From Macrostomum lignano (lineage: Eukaryota), in the NCBI GenBank assembly GCA_002269645.1, contig NIVC01000096.1:1-64000 (forward strand): a stretch of 64,000 nt of DNA, given 5' to 3'. The notes under the pieces were generated by a model, which was not told where the DNA came from, did not search any database, and saw nothing but the letters and a program-made list of their open reading frames with translations. This document shows, piece after piece, positions 13,806 to 28,960 of the stretch; the first letter of the stretch is position 1, and each line of letters starts with the position of its first letter. A program made the translations under genes and the position numbers.

Positions 13806-14429
13806 TGGGTGGCTGTGCTTGAAGTTGGCAACCTGGACATAAACGCAGATAAATCTGACTTTGTAGACTGAACAGATATACCTATTCTATATTTAACATG
13901 TAACACATAATATTAAAGACTGACTGTGATGACAAGTATTATGACTATAAGAAATTATTAAGCATAGGATTTATAATAAATTTTACATGAACAGACTACA
14001 GCTACAGATTTAGTTATGGATATGAAGCTTTTAGACAGAACATATGGATACAGATACAGTTATGGGAACACATATTTTCCATATCTAGCTGACTAGCTCT
14101 CTAGACCATCAATAACTTGGAAAACTTGAGACTTAAGAGACCATCTGAGCCATGGATTTGATGGGTGGGGGTAGAGCAGTAGAAAAGTTAAAAAAATTAA
14201 TTAATGTTGCCATGCAGTTTCAAAGCTTCTGAAGTGAGCTCTCAAGTCCCTGGGGTTGGGGACTAAAGCACAGATTTTTAACACCATATGCACTTTGTGG
14301 TTGGGATATTGGGGCCTGAGTAAAGATGAATGAAGCCAATGAGGCCATCCAGCATTAGCATTTGCCACTATCAACAAAGGCTGGACTGCAAACAATTTAG
14401 GGGGCTTTCAGGAGTTACTTAAACTTCAC

Positions 14430-14600
14430 GAGAAGAGAGGAGAGGGGAGAGGCAAGAAGAAGAGAGGAGAGAGGAGAGGTGAAGAGACGGAATAGGAAAG
14501 AGAAGAGAGGGAAAGTGAGAGAGGAGAGGGAAAAGAAGGGAAAGGGGAGAAGGCAGAGAGAAGAGAGGGGAGGAGGAGGGGGGAAAAGGGAGAAAAAAGA
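14430..14600. repeat. GA-rich low-complexity tract
   Basis: Purine-only run (agaggagagg...). Confidence 0.85.
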
Positions 14601-16915
14601 ATCAAAAGATAATCCCTATTGGAATAGAATCAAAAAAGCTACAGGTGACGCACAATGATCCTTCAAAGGTTTGCACATATACTAGCCTATTGGAAAAAGT
14701 GGCTTTCGCACTTCCATGCAAAAGAGAAAGTTATGTGCATGTGCAACAAGGTAACATTCTTTAAATTATAGTAACTATAATTTTATTTAGATAGACAAAC
14801 AGCTTCTCATCTAATTAGTCTGCTATCAGCCAGTGGTCTAGTCCTAGTATGCAGCAAGGCATCAATCTTCCATGACATTCACAGCTAGGCTTCAAATAGG
14901 CTGAGCTGTTATTGACAATGTAGTTTATACCCCCCCCTCCCTAGAGAGAGGTGGCAAAGAATTTAAAGATTTATCTTATCATCTTAGCCACTAATCTTAG
15001 ATTTCATATGTGCATATAACCTATATTAATGTTGCCACTGAATGAATGTATACATCTGCTTACACCTGCACTTGCCAAATTTTCTTAAACATTCAATACC
15101 AGATGCAAAATGAAGACAGAAGACTTATTAGGGAATGTAATCAAGTTGATAGGCATAGAATATTACAGATATATTTTATATTCTTTATAAAGCATTATTG
15201 ATAGCTTTTTTTCTTGCTAGCCTAAATGATAGTAACTTTAAAATGCTTAATAATTATTTATTTTATCAACATTAAAAGATATTTATTTGAAATCACTGCT
15301 ATGCTTCTATAAGTATAATAACTGACACATTTATAAAAACTTATTTTAGTTTATTTAAAAGTGTAAAAGTATCTAGTTATTAAATGTTTATATAGTTATA
15401 GATAAAATGATAATGATATATTCTTTTATTATACTTATACTTATTTCTATCTTAGAACTTTTTATACCTAAATGTAATTACATCTAAAAAAACAAAATTT
15501 CATATAAAAAGACAAATACTAAATAGGAAATTTATTAAGATAGTTTAATGATTGTTTAGTATAAAATTTATATTTCATATTTAGCTGCATACAAAATAAA
15601 TTGAATAAACTACAAGAAACCAATCTTGAAAGACTAGATAAAACATATATGCAAAAAGAACCAAACATTAATTTGTTTGCTAGGTAGTCTAAGTAAGTAA
15701 TAAATAAGAATTTTATGCTAGTAATTAAGGCCTTAAATGATTACAAGTATAGAAAGATGTGAAAAATTTTCATTAGGCAATTTAAGATTATATTTATAAT
15801 ATCTTATAGACCAAAGCAAGGCTAAAGCCTACTAAATATTGACTTTTTATTGGCCTAAAGACAAGTGTATTTTATAAGCCCTCTATATAGTCTACCATTA
15901 TAAATTATATGTATCAAAAAGCTTAGTTATTATATGCCCATATAAGTTTCCTTTTGTTAATTAGTTGTCCAGGTTATCCCTTACAATTTGTCCTTTTCCT
16001 ATTAGGCCCCTAGTAGGCCTATTATTAGCATTCTGCAAAAGGCTATTAAAGGCAACTCTTATAAAAGCAACTCTTTTAATTTGTAAAGAACCTACTTTCC
16101 AGGAGCTAGAATCAGGGTTAGGAATAATTTTGTTTTCTATTTCGTAAACAGGGTATAATAAGAAAACCCAATTATTCCTACATTTTTATTTTTATAGAAC
16201 TAAATATTACTTTATTAGTTGTATTGATGCGAAAAATTACTAAGACTGAGAGTAGCTAGCTACAAAAACTCTGAAATATAGCTATATACTGGAATAAGGG
16301 AATAGCGTAAAAAATTAGCAACAATGTTAATGTCGCAGCATTGTATTAAAGTGACATGTTTTATTAGGCCCTATATGGTGACTTAGACATACGCCATGAT
16401 TTAAGTTGTCTTGTCATTTATTTTTGACACAGTAACGGAATAAATAACAACAAACGAGTTACTTGTATGAAACACACGTAGACACAAATCAGTGCAAGTC
16501 ACACAACTACTTAGAAGAGTGTTATTCTAAGAGTGTCTTCTAAGAATGTTTTATTTTAAATAATAAATACCTAAACAATGGATACTAAAGTCGTTCATTA
16601 ATCTACTTAACTCTAATGTAGAAGGTTTTTGTAAAAATTATATTTTCGAGTATTTAAAAGTAGAAAAGACTATTATTTCTGCAAAAGCTGTGAACTTTGT
16701 TATTTTACTTACATTAACCGTTAAATTTGTTACCAAATTAAATGGACGGGAGAAACATTGTCAACACCATATATATAATGCTGCTCAGCGCGCAATAATA
16801 TGTTTATCAGTCAGGTTGCAGACAGTCAAGGACTACTGCAGTATATATCTTATATGTCCTTTGTATACAATATAGGATTCAATACTTTGGTTTTAAGCAA
16901 GAAACCAAGTATATG

Positions 16916-17170
16916 GAGTAGTATTGTAACACGATATATATTTCTCGTGCATTAAATGACTCCAGCCAATACGCGATCACGAGCCATTTAAGCACGCTTT
17001 TACACATTTATATCGTATAACAATACGCCGATGGAGCCAGTAAGTACATGTACGTACCATATGGGAAAAATGCGAGCGTAAAAGCGTGCTTAAATTATGG
17101 CTCGTGATCGCGTATTGGCTGGAGTCATTTAATGCACGAGAAATATATATCGTGTTACAATACTATACTC
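16916..17170. mobile_element. MITE-like palindrome with arms of about 95 bp
   Basis: Left arm gagta(ta)gtattgtaacacgatatatatttctcgtgcattaaatgactccagccaatacgcgatcacgagccat..ttaagcacgcttttac is mirrored nearly perfectly at 17077-17170. Confidence 0.8.
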
Positions 17171-17353
17171 AATCCTACATGTATATTGCTGCACGCTAGC
17201 TGATGTCTATGGAATAACAATTGAATTCCTTTGGCAGAATTCGCTGCGTCTGCATGTCCTACACAGAGACTAAAAGCGCCTTGGAACTTTATCGCTTTTG
17301 TTGCTAGTTTTATTCGGAAAACAGAATGATCAGATCGATTCGGTTGACCAGAA

Positions 17354-17420
17354 CATGGACTTCTATACTTAGCATCTGGACTGGAAGCGAAAAAATTCTC
17401 GCAAAGTATAGAAGTCCATG
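17354..17420. mobile_element. 67-bp minimal MITE with 20-bp TIRs and 7-bp TSD
   Basis: TIR catggacttctatacttagc / gcaaagtatagaagtccatg (19/20 match), flanked on both sides by accagaa (17347-17353 and 17421-17427). Confidence 0.8.
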
Positions 17421-19608
17421 ACCAGAATCAAGGAAGCCTGCATTTTTTGGCTGAGTTTGCTTGTCCAAAGTTGATCGATAGCATGCATGGCTCTAAAGCT
17501 ATGTCTATGGCCCAACCTTGGAATCTTCGATTGCGTCTCCATTAAAAGAGCCATCATGCAGCTAAAACTTTTGTGTGAGATTATTTGAGATGTCCTTACA
17601 GGCTGAACTAGCATGACCACAGCTATACTTAGCTCCACTGAACTGTGAAGAAGCTGTATGATTTCATTAAAAGCTGCTATAATTAAGAATGCATTAAGCC
17701 CTTATTTGATATGGAGCACAGTAGATATACATTCAGCTTTTGTTTACAGACATTATAGCTACATGTATATAGCTGTTTATGCAGCAGAAAAGCAAGTACT
17801 AATTTCTGACTTAAAATTGATTTAGAAATATGATTTCAATTTTGAACTTGCTCAGGAATTGGACTCAAATTATAGCAATCTCACAGCAGCGAAATGTAGC
17901 TAGTCTTCTTTTACCTGCATCTTTTTTGGCTTCAGAAACCATGCCATGAACCCTTTTTAAAAGATTTTTTCAAAGCAAAAAATTTCCGTGACGCATATTT
18001 GATGAAGCCATTTTAAGGCAGCAGTTATCGGGACTTAATTAATCACTTTGTCATGGAAGATTCCTCACGTGCAGAAGTGATCTGCATGTGCAGTAATTAA
18101 AGCGTGCTTCTAAAATTTATGTCGCTTTAATTCAAACCCGAAAAAATCAGTATTTTTTGCTATGCAAATACGAACTTCTTTATTCACGATTAAATACAGG
18201 GAAGCAACCATGCACCTCCGTGAAAAACTGAAACTATAGACTTCAGGTTTACTGTCAAAAAGGATTTTGACTTTATATTAGTTGCTACGCATTCTGGGCT
18301 GATTTGCCAATCCACGACCGCTTGATAATTGTTTCAGGAAATCAAAAGTAAAAATCGAATCCAGGTGTTATTTGTCGAGCAAATACGAGATACGAGGAGT
18401 GTCAGTACGTTTGTTTGTATACGCGTAGCTGCGCAAGGGTGGGTTGATTAAATATCGGTTTATTGTCGCATTTGCCGTTACAGAAAATATGCACAGCTCA
18501 CTATTGACAAACGGAAATTTTGCAAAAGTAACGACAACCCTGTGGACATCCTGCACGTCGCCATACGGGCAAGGACAGGTCAGAGCGTTGAAAAGTAGCG
18601 AGAACTGATAAACAGGTATGGGCGCAATTAATACATGTATTCGCTTTAAAGTGCTTGCTGTTCTTAGCCGCGGTGCTTAATAATATGCATTCAATAAAAA
18701 AATTTAAGCAAAATTTAAACCTAATTTCTTGACTTTATGTTCGGGACAAAACTGTAAACAAAAGGCCTTAAGTGCCCCACGGAATGCAGAATACAAATTT
18801 TAATCGCTGCAAAACATATTTTTACATTCGAACATGGTGTTAGTGGCGGGATTAAATCCGCAAAATTGCGCAAATTGCATTCAGAGAAGTTCGATTAATT
18901 GAAAACAAAGACGAATTAAGCATTAAAATTGCACATCGAACCATCATCACTGGTAAGGTATTTTGAGGAAATATGAAACAGTTCAAAATTATAAAAACTA
19001 TTCATTTTAATGTCTTTACCTCGCTTGAACTTTGATTTGTGAGCTTTTAAGTCTATTTAAGTCTAAACGCTACTACGGATTACGAATTGCCTTCCAAAGT
19101 AAGGAATAAAGAATTTTCATATTTTCAAGAGTTATGTCCACCAGCTATTGTTATCGTAAAAAATACTTTGTGGCCGAAGTTAGGGTACTTGCATGTACAT
19201 GACAAGGTGATCCAGAAAGCTCTCCCGGATAGCAATTACTCGCACTAAAGTTTATCTGCACTGCAAACATAACGTGCTTAAAACTTGTTTTTGTGGTAAT
19301 TTTTTACTTAAAAATCTTTGGTACTTGCTTTAAACAACATGAATTACATATAACAGCAGTTTCTTAAAACCATTTTCAATCAGCTGTGTTTTAGCCCTGT
19401 TAGACCTGTCAGTCCCAGCTCAACATGATGGCTCTTGTTGTCAATGCAAGTCTGCTTTTTAAAACTTCTTAGAGCGATGATAGGATGCCATTTTAAGTCA
19501 CTCATGATGGCATTATGCATAATTAACCCGACCCATGAATTAGGCCAGATGTGCAACCGACAGAGGCACTCCCAACTACCAGCTAACGAGTCTTGTCTTA
19601 CTTTTTAA

Positions 19609-19907
19609 GGGGGCTGTAGCCTTAGTGGTTAGAGCGTCGGACTCCCGACTTTAATGTCGAGTTTCGATTCCCGATCCCACTGGAACAATTTGCGTTCTTG
19701 AGCAAGGCACTTAACTCTGCATTACCAGCAATATCGGTGAGGTAATTAAGGCTGTTTGTGCATGTGTGGCGAGCCCCAGTCTATGTACTGAATAGCCGTA
19801 CGCAGCCTTCAGATACGCCGCGCAATAGCTGCGGCTGAGCTGTCGGTTGCAAATCTGGCCTGATTGGAGCAGGTATGCGTTTAATTAATTATTATTTATA
19901 TAATTAT
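19609..19907 (+). mobile_element. tRNA-derived SINE with CORE-like central motif
   Basis: Head gggggctgtagccttagtggttagagcgtcggactc..gagtttcgattcccg (A and B boxes), then ttcttgagcaaggcacttaactc (resembles CORE ccttgggcaagtcacttaac), then an AT-rich tail at about 19880-19907. Confidence 0.7.
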
Positions 19908-20153
19908 GAGATATTCAAAACGGCATCCGATCATTTGAATCTCCCAGCTGGCGCGTCAGCCATGGAGCTGAAATGCAGTAGAGCATGAGTGAATCATAAT
20001 TTAAGAAATGCAAAGCAAACCCAGTTTGCTATCCCAGGAGACCTCTCTGGACCACCCTGTAGGTCGAACAGCGATGGCACAAGCAGGGCATCAATTACCA
20101 AAATCGGTGTCAGTCTACCACAATGCTAACAGACCCGCAATCAAAGGCGTCAG

Positions 20154-22666
<2,513 letters not shown>

Positions 22667-23339
22667 GTCCGCGGGATGCAATACTATACACTTCTACAGC
22701 TATTAGTCCAGCGCTGTTAGTCTATAATATCGTTTCGTTCTAGAGCGAACTTCAGCCGGATAGAGGGTGGCGCTTATCTATTTATATACGTAACTAGGTG
22801 ATATTTTTTTCGCTTCCAGGCTCTCTGATTGGCGGTTGAGGGTGTGTTGACGATATCCTATCCTGCGGTCCTCTACACTGCCCGTACATTTCTTGGCCCT
22901 ACACGAACCCGCGGCGTTTGCATGGCCAGTTCTATTTGATGAAGTTAAAGAGGCTGATATTGGAAAGAAAGAGAGGTGGAAGTGAAGAACCCGATTCGAG
23001 GGTGGGTAAACTTGTAGCTCGAAAGCAACAGATGTATTTGTGAATTCATAATTCATCGTCCCAATTGGCTGACTTCAATATTGCTGCAGAATACTTTATA
23101 ACTAAACTTTGATAAAGTGGCGACCTAAAAGCTTTATTTGTTACTCCCATGAAAATTATTGCAGAAAAGGTTATATTCGCCATGAGTAGTAGTAATTTTA
23201 GCTTGAGTTATAGCTTCCCTATAGCGTACATCCGGTAATTATTTGGGACACTACTCGTTTTAGTACGAGCTACATTGAGTACTATTTTATACCGAAAGGG
23301 GGAACTCGTGAAACTTGTATGAGAACCATGGACCACTAG

Positions 23340-23445
23340 AAATACAGCGACCATGACTGTCTAATCCCAGACTTGTACACTCTCTGTGCTTTGGAGGCTG
23401 GCCCGCATGGGGTGAATCAGGAGTCGAACCAGGGGTCGGTCGTGG
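23340..23445 (-). mobile_element. Fragment of a second tRNA-derived SINE family (copy 1)
   Basis: B box ggttcgactcc on the minus strand, followed by cagcctccaaagcacagagagtgtaca, which is shared with 56020-56180. Confidence 0.65.
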
Positions 23446-23459
23446 AATGAAACTTGATA

Positions 23460-24315
23460 AATGGTAGAAAAGCAAAATGGTAAAGATTGTTTTCAATAGT
23501 AACAAAACACTTTCAGTTGGGTATGCATAGGACTGGGTAAAATGGTAGAGATTGTTTTCACTAGTAACAAAACACTTTCAGTTGGGTATGCATAGGACTG
23601 GGTAAAATGGTAGAGATTGTTTTCACTAGTAACAAAACACTTTCAGTTGGGTATGCATAGGACTGGGTAAAATGGTAGAGATTGTTTTCACTAGTAACAA
23701 AACACTTTCAGTTGGGTATGCATAGGACTGGGTAAAATGGTAGAGATTGTTTTCACTAGTAACAAAACACTTTCAGTTGGGTATGCATAGGACTGGGTAA
23801 AATGGTAGAGATTGTTTTCACTAGTAACAAAACACTTTCAGTTGGGTATGCATAGGACTGGGTAAAATGGCAGAGATTGTTTTCAATAGTAAACAAAACA
23901 CTTTCGGTTGGGTATGCATAGGACTGGCTAAAATGGTAGAGATTGTTTTCAATAGTAAACAAAACACCTTCGGTTGGGTATGCATAGGACTGGGTAAAAT
24001 GGTAGAGATTGTTTTCAATAGTAAACAAAACACCTTCGGTTGGGTATGCATAGGACTGGCTAAAATGGTAGAGATTGTTTTCAATAGTAACAAAACACCT
24101 TCGGTTGGGTATGCATAGGACTGGGTAAAATGGTAGAGATTGTTTTCAATAGTAACAAAACACCTTCGGTTGGGTATGCATAGGACAGGGTAAAATGGTA
24201 GAGATTGTTTTCAATAGTAACAAAACACTTTCAGTTGGGTATGCATAGGACTGGGTAAAATGGTAGAGATTGTTTTCAATAGTAACAAAAAATTTCGGTT
24301 GGGTATGCATAGGAC
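23460..24315. repeat. 65-bp minisatellite, about 13 copies
   Basis: Unit actgggtaaaatggtagagattgttttcactagtaacaaaacactttcagttgggtatgcatagg; period 65 (23521 to 23586). Confidence 0.95.
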
Positions 24316-25239
24316 GCCCTAACGAGATTAAACCTAAAGCTGCCATGCCAATAACCTGTATATGCACCAAATCGATGGCTAAACTTCGTGCAAAAGTGGT
24401 CATTGTTTAGACCCTGCATCCTCGTTTGTCCTTTGCTCTATGAGCTCGTATGCTCTTTTTCCTACAGTTCTGTTTAGTTTAGGAACAAATGTTGTCTCGC
24501 AGTGATTAGATTTACTTTATTATAATCTCAGAATAGTTTAAACAACTTAATAAGCAGCAGGACAAGGTCCGATGGAATTACTAGGACCATTTGTGTTTGT
24601 AGACAGAATATAACATATTTTATACCGAGAAAAATGTTTTTTGGTCGTATCTTTGTCGTATCTCGATACCGCAACACCTGTATGCAACTACTAAATGCTC
24701 TCTTATAACCGATTTTGGAGGTGAGGTGGGTGTCAACCCTCCTCGCCTCTTATTGGCTTGACGACGCTTGGAACCGATTACCTCATGTTCCATCCAGACG
24801 TTCCGATATGTATGCAAACCGATATGTACGCGCCCCCGCCCGCAGGCGCGCCAATATGAATGCATCAATTTGTAGTAATCGATTTGTAGTCATCGATACG
24901 CATTTATTAACAAAAAGTAGGCTAGTGAAAAATACTTATAGTAGGATGAATTGCGTATATTTGAACATATAGACAAATTTAAGCAAAAAACAGGTAAAAA
25001 ACACACACAATGTAGGCGCATATTAATAAAGCATGCATAGACAAGTATAATGTAGGCTATTTAAGTATATTTTTCGATGCTTATGCCATCTTTTCTACTT
25101 GCATATCATGTTCTAACACCAGCATACATAAGTACCGGTAGTGTGCACGCTATACTAAGTTATTCTTTCGACCGAAATACAAATGCAATTTTACTAACCT
25201 CCTCGATCTTGAGCTGCAAGGTTCTGCATTGCCCCTATG

Positions 25240-25760
25240 TAATCACATAATTAATAATTCCCTTTAGCAAGCTAAACTTCCTGGGACACAATGTCGGTTG
25301 CTGGGCAGTTCGACAATGACCTTCGATTGGCAGTGAAATTCTGCGCGCCGACGGACAGTCCAGAGCCCTGCGTCGACGAATTTACGATCTCCTCACCAGT
25401 CAAGGTGTTGCAACCTCAGAGCTCTACTGGACCGGTAGGTGGACATTCGGGAGTTCAGCATTAGGCAGACCAACAAGTATCTGCTCGTCTGAGGAGGTCG
25501 TAGAGTTGAGCACGCGGCGCTTTTCTACTGATCTCTCCGTTGGAAAGAAGATCAACCTGATGGAGAGGCTGGAGTAGATTCTGGCGGCGCGCGGCGGGTG
25601 TGGATACTGATGAAGGCGCTGGAAATTCAGCCAGTGAATCCGGAGTGGAGAGCGAGTCAACTTCAAATCGATAATCGGATGCAACTGCTATGTTTCATCG
25701 TCAAAAAAGCAGTTCCTCGTCTTGTAGACAATTGTAATGTTGGCGACATGGAAGTTATTA
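25240..25760 (+). mobile_element. Possible highly decayed Ty3/Gypsy RT-RNaseH remnant
   Basis: KLNFLGHNVG (resembles FLGH at the RT C-terminus) and weak downstream similarity only. Confidence 0.3.
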
Positions 25761-25944
25761 GGGGGGGGGGGTCAATTTTAGACTTACATCTGATGAAAAA
25801 TTCTGTTTTTTAATAGAGAGAACACCCAGAGAACACCAGTCACTGGAATCCCACTCTAAATAGTTTTATGGAGTAAAATGCACTTCAGTGAAATTTCTAC
25901 CCCAGTTAAAATTCCACACAAACTATCGTCAGAATACAGTCCCC

Positions 25945-26695
25945 CAGATTAGCAACAATCCCCCAGATTAGCACCACTACCCAGATTAGCAACACCCCCA
26001 GATTAGCACCACTGCCCAGATTAGCACCACTACCCAGATTAGCAACACACCCAGATTAGCACCGCTCCTCAGATTAGCAACACCCCCAGATTAGTACCAC
26101 TGCCCCAGATTAGCACCACTACCCAGATTAGCAACACTCCCCCAGATTAGCACCGCTCCCCAGATTAGCTCCACTACCCAGATTAGCAACACTCCCCCAG
26201 ATTAGCAACACTCCCAGATTAGCACCGCTCCTCAGATTAGCAACACCCCCAGATTAGTACCACTGCCCCAGATTAGCACCACTACCCAGATTAGCAACAC
26301 TCCCCCAGATTAGCACCGCTCCCCAGATTAGCTCCACTACCCAGATTAGCAACACTCCCCCAGATTAGCAACAATCCCCCAGATTAGCAACACTCCCCCA
26401 GATTAGCAACACTACCCAGATTTATTAGCAACACCCCCAGATTAGCAACACTACCCAGATTTATTGCAACACTACCCAGATTAGCAATACCCCCAGATTA
26501 GCACCACTACCCAGATTAGCAATTAGCACCCCCAGATTAGCACCACTACGAGTACCCAGATTAGCAACAATCCACCAGATTAGCACTACTACCCAGGTTA
26601 GCAACAAACCCCCAGATTAGCACCACTGCCCCAGATTAGCACCACCAACCAGATTAGCACCACCACCCAGATTAGCACCACCACCCAGATTAGCA
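25945..26695. repeat. ~19-21-bp degenerate minisatellite (cccagattagcacc/aacac...)
   Basis: Invariant core ccagattagc with short variable linkers. Confidence 0.92.
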
Positions 26696-27479
26696 CAACT
26701 GGCCACAACAACGCCTAATTAACTGCAGCTCATTCATACACAAAAGTTTGTTGAAAGTTGGATACAATTCAATTTTAACCAGAAAAATTTATCGACCCAT
26801 TTTTTCTCTACTAGGACGCATTTGTTTCGGTTGTAACGCGATAAAAATATTCCTGTTTCATTTCCTCCCCCAAGTTTATTGAGTCTTAAAGGCTTTTATT
26901 GATTCTTAAAGTGTCTTGCAAAGCCGATTAGAATCTCCAGGATCCTTAAGTTACATGTACTAAGCTTTATCTTCTCAAGTTACAGAACATGTATGCGGAT
27001 AAATTAAAGCACTGTTATCGAGCCTTTCCACTTGTTCAAATCGATAATAACAGCAGGACTTGGAGGTTACATGGCCAAGAGGTCTCAATTCGTTTTTCAA
27101 ATGTTGGTGGTCCCAGCTAGACGGTGAAACTGATACACTTTAGCTAGCAAAGGCTCAAGAGGTTTTGTTAGCTATATTGCCCCTACAGACATCTCAGGTC
27201 GACAGAATCGATACACGAGACTGGAATTCCAGTTAGCTTAGATAGTGGATATTGTACAAGTTGCAGATGTCAGCTCAGTATCTGAGCGAAAAGATGGATA
27301 ATCTTATCAATATAATTGTTTGAGGCAGGGTCAACTTAAGGAGGACGGGTACTAAATTTCACTGAGAACCAGTTTTCGATACAAAATGCATTAGCGATAT
27401 AAAACATATTTTCCATTGCTGAAACTCGAGGGTGATTCACAAGTTTAAGCTCGTACCAAAGCAAAAGCAGAGCAAGTGC

Positions 27480-27775
27480 TTGACCTGGGTGCTGGGGACT
27501 GTCACAACTGCTGCTACGGTGAGTGTCGGACTGGTGGTCAACACGCAGAAAACCATCAGACGACATCGAGACTGCAATTTTGTGCAAGGGCGCAGATTGA
27601 CAGGCGAAGAAGCTTCGAAGACTGGTTCCCGGGCACCTGCAAAGATCTGCGCCGTCGCCGCCGGCTTGCCTGGGCTGCCTTTCGTTCTGTGAACGGTCCA
27701 GCAGTCCGAGGCTCCACCTGATCGCCAGGGAGCGACGCTGTTCCAGGTGGTGGTCGAGACCAGCTCCTTTCTTTC
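27480..27775 (+). mobile_element. RTE-clade LINE reverse transcriptase C-terminal remnant
   Basis: AATVSVGLVVNTQKT, KDLRRRRRLAWAAFRSV and TLFQVVVET; same family as 33300-33660. Confidence 0.7.
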
Positions 27776-27789
27776 TTTCTCTCCTTTCT

Positions 27790-28150
27790 GCTCTCCCATT
27801 GGCTGAGCTAGATTGGGCCTGCTCCTTAGACTGAGTTTCGTCCGTCTGACTTTGACCTCTCTCCTTACTGCTCTCTCATTGGCTGAGCTAGATTGGGCCT
27901 GCTCCTTAGGCTTAGTTTCGTCCGTCTTGCGTTAACTTGTGTACATCTACTCGTAGTTGAATGCATGTTGTTCATTCTGAACCCCAAATGCTTCTGAGGC
28001 CGCAAACCCCGAGGAAGGAGAGGAAATTGGAAAATTGGAAAAACAAACTAATGAAAACAGATTAGACGCTCTACTTTTTCACAACTTTTATTGTGACATA
28101 TCGAGATATTCTAGTACTCGTAAGCTCGTATCTGCAGTAGTCAGTAACTG
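27790..28150. repeat. Second, inverted copy of the dispersed repeat at 3260-3890, with 2 units of the 80-bp repeat
   Basis: cattggctgagctagattgggcctgc...tttcgtccgtct and gaggccgcaaaccc..gattagacgctctac are reverse complements of the 3260-3890 sequence. Confidence 0.85.
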
Positions 28151-28249
28151 ACCGCCATTTTACTTTTTTCAACAATCTAAACGATTCCACTTAAATTGGA
28201 CTCCGCTTATTAATAAGTGTGAAGACTTGGGCAAAGACTGAAGACTTCT

Positions 28250-28960
28250 CCAGACTTGATGCCTGGAGAAGCAGCCGTGCCCTGCGAGAAGGTCATATGA
28301 TGGCAGTCTGAATGTCTCTTTGCGAGAGGAGCAAAAGGAGCTTCCAAAGCTGATGAGAGGGCTGGGGAACAGCGCCTCTGGATGTAGTGCAGTTCGCCCA
28401 AGCTGAGCGGTGCTGAGTCCTGATCCTCGCCTTGCTGCGAAAGTCGATGACGCAGCTGGAAATCAGGACTAGGGGTTCGCGCCCGAGAGAGGAGCCGGAG
28501 CCGCCAACTTTTGAAAGGCGTCGGCCAGCGCATTTCCTCAGGTCCCCGCAAGTCCTGGAACACATTTACATGTAAAGGTAATTTCGTTGGTATAAACTGA
28601 CATCTTGAGGAGTTTGATACAGTCCAGGGCTGTAGCAGAGTTTGACACTGCAGCCATGCCACTGAAGGCAGCTTGGCTGTCCGAATGAAAAATGATGTTT
28701 GGACCAATTACGCCTGTGGCAAGAAGCTCTGCAGTGCAAGAGCTGTTGGCGAGAACTTCTTTTGGAGAAAACTGAACTTGACCCCAATGTACTGAACCTG
28801 GATTGCGTTGACCCGTTCGTTCAGGAAGATTCCGACACCAAATAACGGTGTTGACTGACTGCTTAGAATTGTCGGTGTAGCAGTGGAGCTCACCAGGGTT
28901 GCAGTGGTCATTGATGGTATCGCGCGGGTCGATAGCTACGGAGTAGCGTTGTCTCAATCA
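28250..28960 (-). mobile_element. RNase H remnant of a non-LTR retrotransposon (I/R1-like)
   Basis: CYTDNSK, IIFHSDSQAA, CVPGLAG, ALADAFQK match the RNase HI motifs YTDGS/SDSQAA/WVPGH.G/ADxLAK; the region is frameshifted. Confidence 0.7.

Noticed and set aside
19609-19680. tRNA gene
   Set aside because: The anticodon and acceptor stems do not pair canonically, and the sequence runs into a SINE-like body and tail.
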